From Oscillospiraceae bacterium (GTDB taxonomy: Bacteria; Bacillota; Clostridia; Oscillospirales; Oscillospiraceae), in assembly GCA_963627445.1 (NCBI GenBank), contig CAVGBM010000107.1, positions 1 to 63,948 of the forward strand: a stretch of DNA of 63,948 bases, read 5' to 3'. Below the pieces are notes generated by a model. The model was given only the letters and a program-made list of their open reading frames with translations, ran no database searches and was not told where the DNA came from. Below, piece by piece: positions 37,034 through 46,784 of the stretch. How positions within the stretch are numbered: the first letter of the stretch is position 1; each line of letters begins with the position of its first letter. The translations under genes and the position numbers were made by a program.

Positions 37034-37063
37034 TTATCAACATTTTCAACAGGTTTTTCAACA
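37034..37063. repeat. three tandem TTWTCAACA 9-mers (TTATCAACA TTTTCAACA ggt TTTTCAACA)
   Basis: Read directly at 37034..37042, 37043..37051 and 37055..37063, in the intergenic region between radC and tRNA-Thr. Confidence 0.6.
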
Positions 37064-37161
37064 CGTCAGATCTCTTGTGCGGTCAATGATTTTTCCGCTT
37101 TTGCTATAAAATCGCAAAACCTGAAATTAAAATAGATAACAAAACAGAAACAGAAAATTGT

Positions 37162-37833
37162 TTACATAACTCCACTCTGCTTAAGTGAGTAGTATACTCC
37201 GCTTCCAACTATGATGTGGTCAAGCAGCTTAACGCCAACGACATCAAGCATATTTTTCACCGTTTCCGTGCAGTCCTCGTCCTCTCGGGAGGGATCAGGC
37301 ATACCGCCCGGGTGATTGTGTGCAATTATAACGCCCGTAGCCTTGTACTTCATTGCAAGCTCAATGAGCATCCTCACGCCAACCTCGGTCGCATTGACAA
37401 CGCCCTTGCTTATCGGCTTGCAGGTGATAACTCTGTTTGCGTTATCCAAAAGCAGCGCATAGCAGACCTCATCCTGCAAGTACATGAACTTGGCCATAAA
37501 GTATCTTCCGACCTGGTCTGCCGTCTCAACGCTCTTTCTCGGTGCAGTCATCTCCTCCATGTAGCGGCGGCTTATATCGGGAATGAGCTTTAATAGGACC
37601 GCAGCATTCTCCCCTATCCCGTCGATCTCGCTAAGCGCCTTATGATCAGCTTCGAGCACAGCAGCAAGAGAGCCGAAGTGGTTTAGAAGCTTGTGTGCAA
37701 GCTCGTTCGTATCCTTGCGGGGCAAAGCGTAGAACAGCAGCATTTCCAGCGCGTTATGGTCGTTAAATCCATCTAAGCCGACCTCTAAAAAGCGGCTTTT
37801 CATTCTCTGACGGTGACCGTCGTGAATTCCCAT
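37162..37833 (-). CDS. radC: RadC-family JAB/MPN-domain protein
   Basis: 223 aa with an N-terminal HhH region and the JAMM motif IAHNHPGGMPDPSREDEDCT. Confidence 0.88.
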   Translation of the reverse strand: MGIHDGHRQRMKSRFLEVGLDGFNDHNALEMLLFYALPRKDTNELAHKLLNHFGSLAAVLEADHKALSEIDGIGENAAVLLKLIPDISRRYMEEMTAPRKSVETADQVGRYFMAKFMYLQDEVCYALLLDNANRVITCKPISKGVVNATEVGVRMLIELAMKYKATGVIIAHNHPGGMPDPSREDEDCTETVKNMLDVVGVKLLDHIIVGSGVYYSLKQSGVM

Positions 37834-37843
37834 TGCGCACCTC

Positions 37844-38845
37844 TCAAAGCTCCATGTTGGCGTATGCGTTCAGATCACTTCCGGCTGTGTTTCCGGCAAG
37901 AAACTCATAGTAGCCCTGGCAGCCTATCATAGCCGCATTGTCTCCGCAGAGTCTGAGTGGCGGCACGAACAGCTCGCATCCGGCTTTCTCGGCAGCGGCC
38001 TTGAAATCCGCCCTTATCCTCGAATTTGCCGCAACGCCGCCCGCAACGGCTATCTTTTTATAATCAAACTCCTTTGCAGCCATCATCGTGCGCGGCACCA
38101 GGCTGTCGCTGACGGCAGCTGTGAACGAAGCTGCAAGCGAGGGCTTGTCTATCTCCTCGCCCTTTTGCTCGGCGTTGTGGACAATGTTGATGACCGCGGT
38201 CTTGAGGCCCGAAAAGCTCATGTCGTAGGGGCTTCCCTCGATATGCGTTCTGGGCAGGTGATATTTCTTATCGTCGCCGCCCTGGGACAGAAGGTCAATG
38301 GGCTTGCCGCCCGGGTAAGGCAGGCCGAGAACGCGCGCAGTCTTGTCAAAGCACTCCCCTGCCGCATCGTCACGGGTAGCGCCTATGACCTTGAGGTCAG
38401 TGTAGCTGCGAACATCGATTATGAGCGTATTGCCGCCGGAGATAGCAAGACAGAGAAACGGCGGCTCAAGCTCGGGATAGGCTATGTAGTTTGCCGCGAC
38501 ATGGCCTTTTATGTGGTGCACCGGTATGAGCGGCACATTAAGGCTCAGCGCAACCGCCTTGGCGAAGTTGAGTCCCACCAGTACCGTACCGATAAGTCCC
38601 GGCGCATATGTCACCGCAACAGCGTCTATATCGCTTTTTTCGATGCCTGCTGCCTGAATTGCACGCTCGGATAGCATAGATATGACCTCAACATGGCTTC
38701 TTGACGCTATCTCAGGTACAACGCCGCCATATATGGCGTGCAGATCCGCCTGGGAGAATATCTGGTCGGTCAAGACCTTTCTGCCGTCCTCGACTACCGC
38801 AACGGCAGTTTCATCGCAGGATGATTCAAACGCTAATATCTTCAC
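37844..38845 (-). CDS. tsaD: tRNA N6-adenosine threonylcarbamoyltransferase TsaD
   Basis: MKILAFESSCDETAVAVVEDGRKVL...; Kae1/TsaD fold, 333 aa. Confidence 0.95.
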   Translation of the reverse strand: MKILAFESSCDETAVAVVEDGRKVLTDQIFSQADLHAIYGGVVPEIASRSHVEVISMLSERAIQAAGIEKSDIDAVAVTYAPGLIGTVLVGLNFAKAVALSLNVPLIPVHHIKGHVAANYIAYPELEPPFLCLAISGGNTLIIDVRSYTDLKVIGATRDDAAGECFDKTARVLGLPYPGGKPIDLLSQGGDDKKYHLPRTHIEGSPYDMSFSGLKTAVINIVHNAEQKGEEIDKPSLAASFTAAVSDSLVPRTMMAAKEFDYKKIAVAGGVAANSRIRADFKAAAEKAGCELFVPPLRLCGDNAAMIGCQGYYEFLAGNTAGSDLNAYANMEL

Positions 38846-38855
38846 TGTTTTATCC

Positions 38856-39302
38856 TCACTTAAGAAATCTAGTCATCAATATGGCATCCTCGGTCGGCTT
38901 GGTATAGTAGTTCTTTCTCAGGCCGACTTCGGAAAAGCCGTGTTTTCTGTAAAGCTCAATTGCCGGAACATTGCTCTTTCTGACCTCAAGCGTGACAAAG
39001 CTTAGGTCTTTTTCTTTTGCCCTGTCGATAAGAGCGTTTATAAGGCTGTCAGCTATGCCGAGTCTTCTATGCTCGGGCGAAACGGCAACATTTGAGATAT
39101 ATCCCTCATCAAGAACATACATCATGCCGACATAGCCCAGTACCCGTCCATCGTCACCGATAGCGGCGATGAAGATATGCATATCATCGGGAAGCTGCGA
39201 AATGAGCGCCTGCCTCGACCACGGCAGCGAGAAGCAGAGCTTTTCAAGCTCCTCTATCTCGTCAATGTGTTCAAGGCGCACATCGGCAATTTCAAAATGC
39301 AT
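38856..39302 (-). CDS. rimI: ribosomal-protein-alanine N-acetyltransferase
   Basis: 148-aa GNAT protein (acetyl-CoA site RRLGIADSLINALI) directly upstream of tsaD, as in tsaB-rimI-tsaD operons. Confidence 0.85.
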   Translation of the reverse strand: MHFEIADVRLEHIDEIEELEKLCFSLPWSRQALISQLPDDMHIFIAAIGDDGRVLGYVGMMYVLDEGYISNVAVSPEHRRLGIADSLINALIDRAKEKDLSFVTLEVRKSNVPAIELYRKHGFSEVGLRKNYYTKPTEDAILMTRFLK

Positions 39303-40083
39303 CGGCTGCCTCCTGCTCTAGCTCGTCAATTACCGCAAGCACCTCATCCGAAAGGCGCTCAAGCGTCTTTTTCCAGCCAAGCGCCAGCGTAGGTGGCTTA
39401 ATATCGTCCTCAGCAAGGCACATGACGCGCTCGTCAAGGTCTTGATATCGCCTTGAGAGCTCATCGGTCTGCGCAAGCGTCATGCACAGCGCAATATCAT
39501 ATGACGAAAGAAGCTCCCTTGTTATCTCAACGGGTCTGCGCTGAGGTAAGCTTATATCCAGGCTCTCGCAGGCTTTGACGAACTTCGGCAAAAGTGCGTC
39601 ACTCGCGGTCAAGCCTGCCGAATACGCCGCCACAGTGGCGCTGTGTCCCTGCTTATTGGCGTTGAACACCGCTTCGGCCGCCATAGAGAGCGCATTGTCG
39701 TCACAGACAAACAGTATACTGCCGACATTAATGCCGTTAAAGCCGCACAGCTCAGCCTGCCTGTCGTCCCAATGTTCAAGGCTTCTGTCACCGGCCATGC
39801 TCTCGATATGGTGTGTCAGCTCATGGTGCAGCGTGCTTTTGAGCCTGCGCCTGAAAAGTTCGTCGTCCATCTCGCCGTAGAGCTCAACAAACGAGCCGTA
39901 GTACAGCTCAATGTATCTGCCCATGCCGTTACGGAAATATGTGCCGAGAGTGTACCTGCCGTCCTCGGCAACGACCGCCTCCTCGACGAAGTTGACACCT
40001 CCGTTTAAGTTTTCAAAAATGCCCTCGGGCAATTCGTCTGCCAGCTCGTCCAGAGCGAGCCCTGCTTCTTCATAGCTTAACAT
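39292..40083 (-). CDS. fusion protein: N-terminal zincin-like metallopeptidase (DUF1025/Zincin_1 type, HExxH) plus C-terminal LMW phosphatase-like domain with degenerate P-loop
   Basis: ORF 39292..40101 trimmed to ATG 40083 (TGATG overlap with the polA stop). HELTH lies within STLHHELTHHIESMAGD. The C-terminal half begins ILFVCDDNALSMAAEAVF, which resembles the LMW-PTP CX5R(S/T) loop but lacks the Arg. Confidence 0.65.
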   Translation of the reverse strand: MLSYEEAGLALDELADELPEGIFENLNGGVNFVEEAVVAEDGRYTLGTYFRNGMGRYIELYYGSFVELYGEMDDELFRRRLKSTLHHELTHHIESMAGDRSLEHWDDRQAELCGFNGINVGSILFVCDDNALSMAAEAVFNANKQGHSATVAAYSAGLTASDALLPKFVKACESLDISLPQRRPVEITRELLSSYDIALCMTLAQTDELSRRYQDLDERVMCLAEDDIKPPTLALGWKKTLERLSDEVLAVIDELEQEAADAF

Positions 40084-42638
40084 CAGTGTGCCTCCGCCCA
40101 ACTATGTCCTTGTTTTGCATCAACTATGAGCGGCACGGAAAGCTTTGCAACTCCGCTCATTTCCTCGGAAAGAATTTTAATGACCGTGTCCGCCTCGTCC
40201 TCGGGACACTCGCATATAAGCTCGTCGTGCACCTGGAGGATGAGCTTTGACTTAAGCCCCTCGGCCTTGAGACGCTTATAGACATTGACCATCGCAAGCT
40301 TGATGATATCCGCCGCCGTGCCCTGAATGGGCATATTCAGCGCTACCCTTTCGCCGAATGAACGCATGTTGAAATTGGATGATTTGAGTTCCGGCAGAGC
40401 TCTGCGGCGATTGTACAGCGTCTTTACATAGCCGTCGGCCTTGGCCTGCTCAACAATGTGCTTCATATACTCGTGTACGCCGTTATATTTATCGAGGTAT
40501 GCGTCCATATACGCCTTTGCCTCGTTCGGAAAAACGCCGATATCCTGCGCAAGCGACCAGGCCGAAATGCCGTAGACGATGCCGAAGTTTACCGCCTTTG
40601 CTCTGCTGCGTTGAAGGCTCGTGACCTCACTGAGCAGAGTGTCAAACACCTGTGACGCTGTCACAGCGTGGATATCCTCGCCGCTTGCAAACGCCTCCTG
40701 CATGTGCTTGTCGTTTGAGATATGCGCAAGCAGGCGCAGCTCGATCTGGCTGTAGTCAGCGTCAACGAGCACCTTGCCCTTTGAGGCAATAAACATTTTT
40801 CTTATCTGACCGCCGAGTTCCTTGCGGATGGGGATGTTCTGCAAATTGGGCTCGGTGCTTGAAAGTCTGCCCGTTGCTGTAACGGTCATTTGGAAGTTTG
40901 TTCTTATCCTGCCGTCGGGCTCAATGAGCTTAAGTAGACCGTCAGCATAGGTCGATTTGAGCTTTGTGAGCATTCTGTAGTCCAAAATGCGCTCGATTAT
41001 CGAGTGCTTGCCCCTGAGCTTTTCCAAAACATCGGCATTTGTGCTCCAGCCGGTCTTTGTTTTCTTGCCCGAGGGCAGCATCAGCCGGTCAAACAGCACC
41101 TCGCCGAGCTGCTTTGGCGAATTAATATTGAACTCGCCGCCGGCAAGCTGCCATATCTCATTTCGAAGCTTCTCTATGCCGTCGTTAAGGCTTGCGCCGA
41201 ACTCGCTGAGCGCCGCTCTGTCGACCAAGAAGCCGACCGATTGCATATCGGCAAGCACCTGACACAGCGGAAGCTCGATCTCGTAATAAAGCTTTTCCAT
41301 GTCAAGCTGCTTAAGCTTTTCCCCGGTCACGGGTTTGAGCCTGTATATCGCCTCCGTGCCGTGGAGCTCGGTGCCGAGATAGCGCATGCTCACCCGCTCT
41401 AAGGGGTAGTCGCTCTCGGTGGCCTCGAGAAGATACGCAGCCAGCGCAGTGTCGTACACAAAGCCATCCAAAGGCAAGTTCTCCGCAATGAGCTTAGACA
41501 TGAGGTCTTTTACATTGTGGGATACTTTCCTGGTCTCGGCGGAAAACACGAGTTTCAGCAGGCTATTATAGTCGTCGCCCAAGCTGCCCCAGCGGGCGGT
41601 GTAAACGCTTTTTCCGTCGCAAAGCTCAATACTGTCAAAGTCTTCGCTCATCTGAACCGCGACAAGCTCTGCTGCCCTAACTGCCGCAGATATTGTCTCA
41701 AAATCAGCATCATCAAATACGGGAAAGTGCTCAATGGCTGCGCTTTCAGTTTCTGCCTCGGTCTCGGCAATGCCCCATTTTTCAATGAATTTATTAAAGC
41801 CGAGCTTTTTAAACAGGCCGTAAAGCTCCGGCTTATAGTTTTTATCCCAAAGTGCATCCTCGGGCTTGAAGCTTATGGGCGCTTCGGTGCATATGGTCGC
41901 GAGCTCATACGATAGCTCGGCACTTTCCCTGCCGTCTCTGAGCTTTTTGCGTACGCCCTCTTTGATCTCAAGCTCATCAAGATTTGCATAGATATACTCA
42001 ACGCTCGTGTAGCGTTGAATAAGATCCATTGCGGTTTTCTCGCCGACGCCGGCAACGCCCGGGATATTGTCCGACGAGTCGCCCATCAGGGCTTTGAGGT
42101 CAACAATGTGTATGGGGTCAAAGCCGTACTCCTCCCTGAACAGCTCGGGAGTGTACTCCTTTGTCTCCTGCTGACCCATGCGGGTCTTCACATGGCAGAC
42201 ATGCGTTGTCTCGCTTATGAGCTGGAAGCTGTCCTTATCGCCGGTAACGATGCGGCAGTCCCAACCTGTCTTTTCGCAAATTTTGCCCACAGTGCCGAGA
42301 AGGTCGTCCGCCTCAAAGCCCTCAAGCTCAAGGTGCAGGATGCCCATTGCATCAAGCACCTGCTTTAGAACCGGCATCTGCACTGCAAGTTCCTCCGGCA
42401 TGCCCTTACGATGCGCCTTGTAGCCGTCATAGCGCAGGTGGCGGAAGGTCGGCGCTTTAAGGTCAAAGGTCACGCAGACAGACTCGGGCTTTTCGCTGTC
42501 AAGAAGCTTATGCAATATCGCCAGAAATCCATATATGCCGTTTGTGGGCGTGCCGTCGGGCGCGTTGAGCTGCCTTATGCCGTAAAAGGCTCTGTTTACA
42601 ATGCTGTTTCCGTCTAATATCAGTAGTTTCATTATCAT
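40083..42638 (-). CDS. polA: DNA polymerase I
   Basis: 851 aa with a 5'-nuclease N-domain ([16 protein letters not shown]) and pol motifs [12 protein letters not shown] and QVHDELI. Its start forms an ATGA overlap with the uvrB stop. Confidence 0.96.
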   Translation of the reverse strand: MIMKLLILDGNSIVNRAFYGIRQLNAPDGTPTNGIYGFLAILHKLLDSEKPESVCVTFDLKAPTFRHLRYDGYKAHRKGMPEELAVQMPVLKQVLDAMGILHLELEGFEADDLLGTVGKICEKTGWDCRIVTGDKDSFQLISETTHVCHVKTRMGQQETKEYTPELFREEYGFDPIHIVDLKALMGDSSDNIPGVAGVGEKTAMDLIQRYTSVEYIYANLDELEIKEGVRKKLRDGRESAELSYELATICTEAPISFKPEDALWDKNYKPELYGLFKKLGFNKFIEKWGIAETEAETESAAIEHFPVFDDADFETISAAVRAAELVAVQMSEDFDSIELCDGKSVYTARWGSLGDDYNSLLKLVFSAETRKVSHNVKDLMSKLIAENLPLDGFVYDTALAAYLLEATESDYPLERVSMRYLGTELHGTEAIYRLKPVTGEKLKQLDMEKLYYEIELPLCQVLADMQSVGFLVDRAALSEFGASLNDGIEKLRNEIWQLAGGEFNINSPKQLGEVLFDRLMLPSGKKTKTGWSTNADVLEKLRGKHSIIERILDYRMLTKLKSTYADGLLKLIEPDGRIRTNFQMTVTATGRLSSTEPNLQNIPIRKELGGQIRKMFIASKGKVLVDADYSQIELRLLAHISNDKHMQEAFASGEDIHAVTASQVFDTLLSEVTSLQRSRAKAVNFGIVYGISAWSLAQDIGVFPNEAKAYMDAYLDKYNGVHEYMKHIVEQAKADGYVKTLYNRRRALPELKSSNFNMRSFGERVALNMPIQGTAADIIKLAMVNVYKRLKAEGLKSKLILQVHDELICECPEDEADTVIKILSEEMSGVAKLSVPLIVDAKQGHSWAEAH

Positions 42639-44602
42639 TCCTCGCCGCGAAGTCTGATTATCCTGTCTCGAAGCTCTGCCGCAAGCTCAAATTCGAGCAT
42701 CTTCGCAGCGGCCTTCATCTGCTTTTCAAGCTCGGCTATGAGTGCCTTGCGCTCGCCCCGCGTCATCTTAACGCCGTCTTTTCTGTGGGCGGCGCTCGAG
42801 GCGTCGGACGATATCTCGATCATATCACGAACGCTTTTGATTATGGTTTTCGGAACTATGCCATGTTCGGCGTTATACTTTGCCTGCTTTGCACGGCGGC
42901 GCTCGGTCTCATCGATTGCAAGACGCATGGAGCGTGTGACGGTGTCTGCATACATGATGACCAAGCCGTCAGCGTTTCTCGCCGCTCTGCCGATGGTCTG
43001 GATAAGGCTCGTTTCGCTGCGCAGGAAGCCCTCCTTATCGGCATCGAGGATGGCGACAAGGCTCACCTCGGGAAGGTCAAGTCCTTCGCGCAAAAGGTTT
43101 ATGCCGATGAGAACATCAAATTCGCCGAGGCGCAGGCTGCGGATTATCTCCATGCGCTCGATAGCGTCGATATCATGATGCATGTAGCGGCACTTGATGC
43201 CGACATTGCCGAGATATTCAGTCAGATCCTCCGCCATTTTCTTTGTGAGCGTTGTTACGAGAACTCTTTGCTGCTTTTCAATGCGCTGGTTTATCTCGCC
43301 GATGAGGTCGTCTATCTGCCCTTCGATGGGGCGCACAGATATCTCGGGGTCGAGAAGTCCTGTGGGCCTTATTATCTGCTCTGCGACCTGCCCCGCCCTT
43401 TCGCGCTCGTAATCGCCCGGCGTTGCGGAGACATACACCGCTTGGTGTATTCGCTCCTGAAACTCCTCAAACTTAAGCGGACGGTTGTCAAACGCCGATG
43501 GCAGGCGGAAGCCATAGTCGACAAGGGCTTCCTTTCTCGCCCTGTCGCCGCGGTACATCGCGCGCACCTGCGGGAGCGTCACATGGCTTTCGTCGACAAA
43601 CAGCAGGAAATCATCAGGAAAATAGTCAAGCAGCGTCATCGGCGCGCTTCCGACGGGTCTGCCGGATATTATCCTCGAGTAGTTTTCTATGCCCGTGCAG
43701 TAGCCAAGCTCCTGCATCATCTCAATATCATAATTTGTACGCTGCGATATGCGCTGTGCTTCGAGAAGCTTACCGTTTTCCTCAAAAAACTTCACCCTCT
43801 CCTCGCACTCGGCGCGGATATCGTCGATTGCCTTTGCCATCTTCTCCTTGCTGACGACATAGTGGCTCGCAGGGTAAATGGCAGCGTGGTTTAAGTATCT
43901 TAGCACTGTGCCGGTCACAACATTGACCTCGCTTATGCGGTCGATCTCATCGCCGAAAAACTCGACCCTTATCGCCTTGTCGCTTGAATAGGCGGGGAAA
44001 ATTTCGACAGTATCGCCGCGCACTCTGAACATATTGCGCTCAAAAGCAATGTCATTGCGCTCGTATCGAATCTCGATGAGCTTTTTTAAAAGCTCATCAA
44101 AGTTCTTGGTCTGCCCCTGTCTGAGCGAGATGACCATGTTTTTATAGTCAATTGGATCGCCGAGACCGTAGATGCAGGACACGGAGGCCACGACTATGGT
44201 GTCCCGTCGTTCAAAAAGGCTGGAGGTCGCACTGTGTCTTAACCGCTCTATCTCATCGTTTATGGAGCTGTCTTTCTCAATGAATGTATCGGTATGCGGA
44301 ATGTAGGCTTCGGGCTGATAGTAATCGTAGTATGACACGAAGTATTCCACTGCGTTTTCGGGGAAAAACTCTCTGAACTCGGCGCACAGCTGCGCTGCAA
44401 GTGTCTTGTTGTGCGCAAGCACGAGTGTTGGGCGGTTGAGCCTCGCAATGACGCTTGCCATTGTAAAGGTCTTGCCCGAGCCGGTAACGCCCAAAAGCAC
44501 CTGCTCATCTATGCCGTTTTCGATGCCGTTTACAAGCGTATCTATCGCCTCGGGCTGGTCACCCATGGGCGCATACGGTGAAACAAGCTTGAATTTATCC
44601 AT
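42635..44602 (-). CDS. uvrB: excinuclease ABC subunit B
   Basis: 655 aa with helicase motif [11 protein letters not shown], a beta-hairpin region, and the C-terminal UVR domain ([10 protein letters not shown]). Confidence 0.97.
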   Translation of the reverse strand: MDKFKLVSPYAPMGDQPEAIDTLVNGIENGIDEQVLLGVTGSGKTFTMASVIARLNRPTLVLAHNKTLAAQLCAEFREFFPENAVEYFVSYYDYYQPEAYIPHTDTFIEKDSSINDEIERLRHSATSSLFERRDTIVVASVSCIYGLGDPIDYKNMVISLRQGQTKNFDELLKKLIEIRYERNDIAFERNMFRVRGDTVEIFPAYSSDKAIRVEFFGDEIDRISEVNVVTGTVLRYLNHAAIYPASHYVVSKEKMAKAIDDIRAECEERVKFFEENGKLLEAQRISQRTNYDIEMMQELGYCTGIENYSRIISGRPVGSAPMTLLDYFPDDFLLFVDESHVTLPQVRAMYRGDRARKEALVDYGFRLPSAFDNRPLKFEEFQERIHQAVYVSATPGDYERERAGQVAEQIIRPTGLLDPEISVRPIEGQIDDLIGEINQRIEKQQRVLVTTLTKKMAEDLTEYLGNVGIKCRYMHHDIDAIERMEIIRSLRLGEFDVLIGINLLREGLDLPEVSLVAILDADKEGFLRSETSLIQTIGRAARNADGLVIMYADTVTRSMRLAIDETERRRAKQAKYNAEHGIVPKTIIKSVRDMIEISSDASSAAHRKDGVKMTRGERKALIAELEKQMKAAAKMLEFELAAELRDRIIRLRGEE

Positions 44603-44661
44603 TGAGAGCCTCCGCTGAAATTTATTATAGTATTATATCATGTTTATTCCCAAATCACAAG

Positions 44662-44692
44662 AAAATCAGCCGTTTTAAAAACGGCTGATTTT
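44662..44692 (-). terminator. rho-independent terminator after SLH-lipase gene
   Basis: Palindrome AAAATCAGCCGTTTT/AAAACGGCTGATTTT. Confidence 0.75.
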
Positions 44693-44708
44693 AAGCTTCT
44701 TATTCTTT

Positions 44709-46784
44709 TTAACCTGCAAGCGCAAGTCTTGAGATCATTGCGGCAAACTGCGCTCTTGTAGAGCAGCCCTGCGGGTACAGCGTACCGTCGCCCATGCCGA
44801 TGATAACGCCCTTGCTTATGCACCAGTTCATCGCCGGTACGGCATAATCAGAGATGTAGTCTGCATCGGTAAAGGCCGAGGTCTTGCCCGAAGCAGCCGA
44901 GCCATCGTTTGCGTATCTGTACACAAATGCGGCAAGCTGCTCGCGGGTCACGCTCTCATCGGGACGGAAGGTGTTGTCGTCATAGCCCATGACTATACCT
45001 GCATTATAGCCCCAAATGATCGCATCTTTGCACCAGCTCGAGTCAACATCGGTAAACGGGCAGGTCTTCCCTGCAACGGACGGAGATCCGGCAAGACGGT
45101 ACAGCACGGTGACGACCTGACCTCTGGACACTGCGCCCTCGGGGGCGAAGCTGTTTGCGTCGGCGCCTATCATGAGTCCGTTGTCGTAGCAATACTTGAC
45201 ATTGTCATAGAACCACGAACCCATGCTGACATCGGTAAACGGCAGGTTATTGATGATCGCATCGGGCTTGGAGTTCATGTAATCATCGGAAATGGACATC
45301 ATCCATGACATGCCGAGCTCACCGTAGTGGGCGGACATGATGCCGACGATGTTGAAAATGAGCGTTGCAAACTCGTCCGGGCATTTTGCAACGATCTTGA
45401 TGACAGTAAGCGTAAGGGGCTTTACCATCTTCTTGACCTGTTCAAAATTATACTCGGTTATGCCGGCCTCGCGCATGGCATCGAGGAACAGGTTCGCAAC
45501 GAAGTTTACGATCTCCTCGGTGGACTTGTTCTCGATAACATAGATGAGCTCACTGAGGTTCTTGACTGCGTTTTTGCTGAGTATCTGCACGAATGTATCC
45601 CACTGGTCAGGGTATGTGCCGATGAGCGGCAGAACGATCTCCTGAATGTCGTCCTGAGCCTCAAAAACCTCAGCTCTCGTAGTAAAGACTTCGGTGAACA
45701 GCTTCTGAACAAAGCGGTCAAGGAACTCGCCCTGCGACATGGTGATGCCGTTTTTGAGGTTGATTATCTTGGAAATGGTCGCTTTGGGGGTCACAGTCAC
45801 ATACTTAAAATCATCAATACGGTATGTACCCGCATTTTCAAAGGTCGAGAAGACCTCAAGCATATCCGCCTTGAGCTCGTCATAGTTCTCGTCGAGCTTT
45901 GCGCTGGGCAGGACATGGTCGACACCGTATCTGCCAAAGCCCATGCACTCGGGTGCGACCTTGACAACAAGGTCGTTATAGTTAACGATGTTGTGAATGT
46001 TGTTGTAGATACTGCTGCCTATCTTGTTTACATCTGCACCCATAGGCGGCTCGTAGCAGTAGAAGTAAACATCGTCCGCCGTCAGTTCAACATTCTTGCC
46101 GATGCCGCCGCCGGAGGCGATTATATCGTCTATCGCGCCGCCGAGCATGTTAGTGCCCGCTGCACCACGGCTGTAGCCGGTGCACCAAAGCTTGATCTTT
46201 CCGGTGATCTCCGTGTGCTTTGCAAGATACTCCTTCAGGAACGCAAGCGCCGTGTCGCGGCAGATGGCAAAGCCCGTGTGCTCGCTCTCAAGGCCGACAT
46301 TCAGGTCGCCTGCCCACTCGGCATAGTAGCCGCAGCCACGCAGGCCTATACCGATGACGGTGTATTTCTCGCCATCTATGTATATGACCTTGTTTGCAAT
46401 GCCTACACCGAAGGTGTTTCTGCCGGGTCTTTCGGTAAAGTCCTTGTTGGCCTCAAAATCCTTGAAGCCTATCTGATCAAAGAAATCTATAAGGTTTGCA
46501 GGGCCCTCCTTGTACCTTGCGGGGTCGGCAACATTACCCGCCGCAAAGCACATTGCCATGGTCACGGTCGCAAGATCCTGCCTGTAGTTATAGCCTGTTT
46601 GAGTAAAATACTCGTCGCTATAGGTAAACGGGCAAGGGTGATCCGTTTCCGAATCGTCATGTCCGGCATTGAACATGACTGTGCCGGTGATCGTTTCATA
46701 CTCGTCTCCCGCCGCAAATACCGACAGCGGCGCAAGGGAAACTAGCAGCACGAGCACCAGCAGGACGCTTATGGCTTTTTTCAT
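44709..46784 (-). CDS. secreted alpha/beta-hydrolase (class-3-lipase-like) with three C-terminal SLH domains
   Basis: Signal peptide MKKAISVLLVLVLLVSLAPLSVFA. Nucleophile elbow TGYSRGAAG. The C-terminus has three SLH repeats (FTDVSMGSWFYDNVKY..., FTDVDSSWCKDAIIW..., FTDADYISDYAVPAMNW...). Confidence 0.8.
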   Translation of the reverse strand: MKKAISVLLVLVLLVSLAPLSVFAAGDEYETITGTVMFNAGHDDSETDHPCPFTYSDEYFTQTGYNYRQDLATVTMAMCFAAGNVADPARYKEGPANLIDFFDQIGFKDFEANKDFTERPGRNTFGVGIANKVIYIDGEKYTVIGIGLRGCGYYAEWAGDLNVGLESEHTGFAICRDTALAFLKEYLAKHTEITGKIKLWCTGYSRGAAGTNMLGGAIDDIIASGGGIGKNVELTADDVYFYCYEPPMGADVNKIGSSIYNNIHNIVNYNDLVVKVAPECMGFGRYGVDHVLPSAKLDENYDELKADMLEVFSTFENAGTYRIDDFKYVTVTPKATISKIINLKNGITMSQGEFLDRFVQKLFTEVFTTRAEVFEAQDDIQEIVLPLIGTYPDQWDTFVQILSKNAVKNLSELIYVIENKSTEEIVNFVANLFLDAMREAGITEYNFEQVKKMVKPLTLTVIKIVAKCPDEFATLIFNIVGIMSAHYGELGMSWMMSISDDYMNSKPDAIINNLPFTDVSMGSWFYDNVKYCYDNGLMIGADANSFAPEGAVSRGQVVTVLYRLAGSPSVAGKTCPFTDVDSSWCKDAIIWGYNAGIVMGYDDNTFRPDESVTREQLAAFVYRYANDGSAASGKTSAFTDADYISDYAVPAMNWCISKGVIIGMGDGTLYPQGCSTRAQFAAMISRLALAG

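Noticed and set aside
37034-37063. Interpreting the DnaA-box-like repeats as a replication origin.
   Set aside because: No dnaA, dnaN or other origin-linked genes are nearby, no copy matches the consensus exactly, and there are only three boxes. I kept it as a low-interest repeat only.
36757-37161. An integrated mobile element or prophage at tRNA-Thr or tRNA-Leu.
   Set aside because: By eye I found no integrase, excisionase or phage genes and no direct repeat of the tRNA 3' end in the flanks. Only the IS scar is present.
45327-46745. 472-aa ORF on the plus strand. Similar long antisense ORFs lie at 42785..43894, 50875..51948, 22914..23924, 54796..55659, 61576..62436, 62711..63475, 30293..31201 and 5026..5802.
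   Set aside because: Each lies wholly antisense to a gene with clear family motifs. They have the Leu/Val/Ala/Arg/Asp-rich composition typical of the reverse frame of GC3-biased genes, lack RBSs, and have no recognisable domains.
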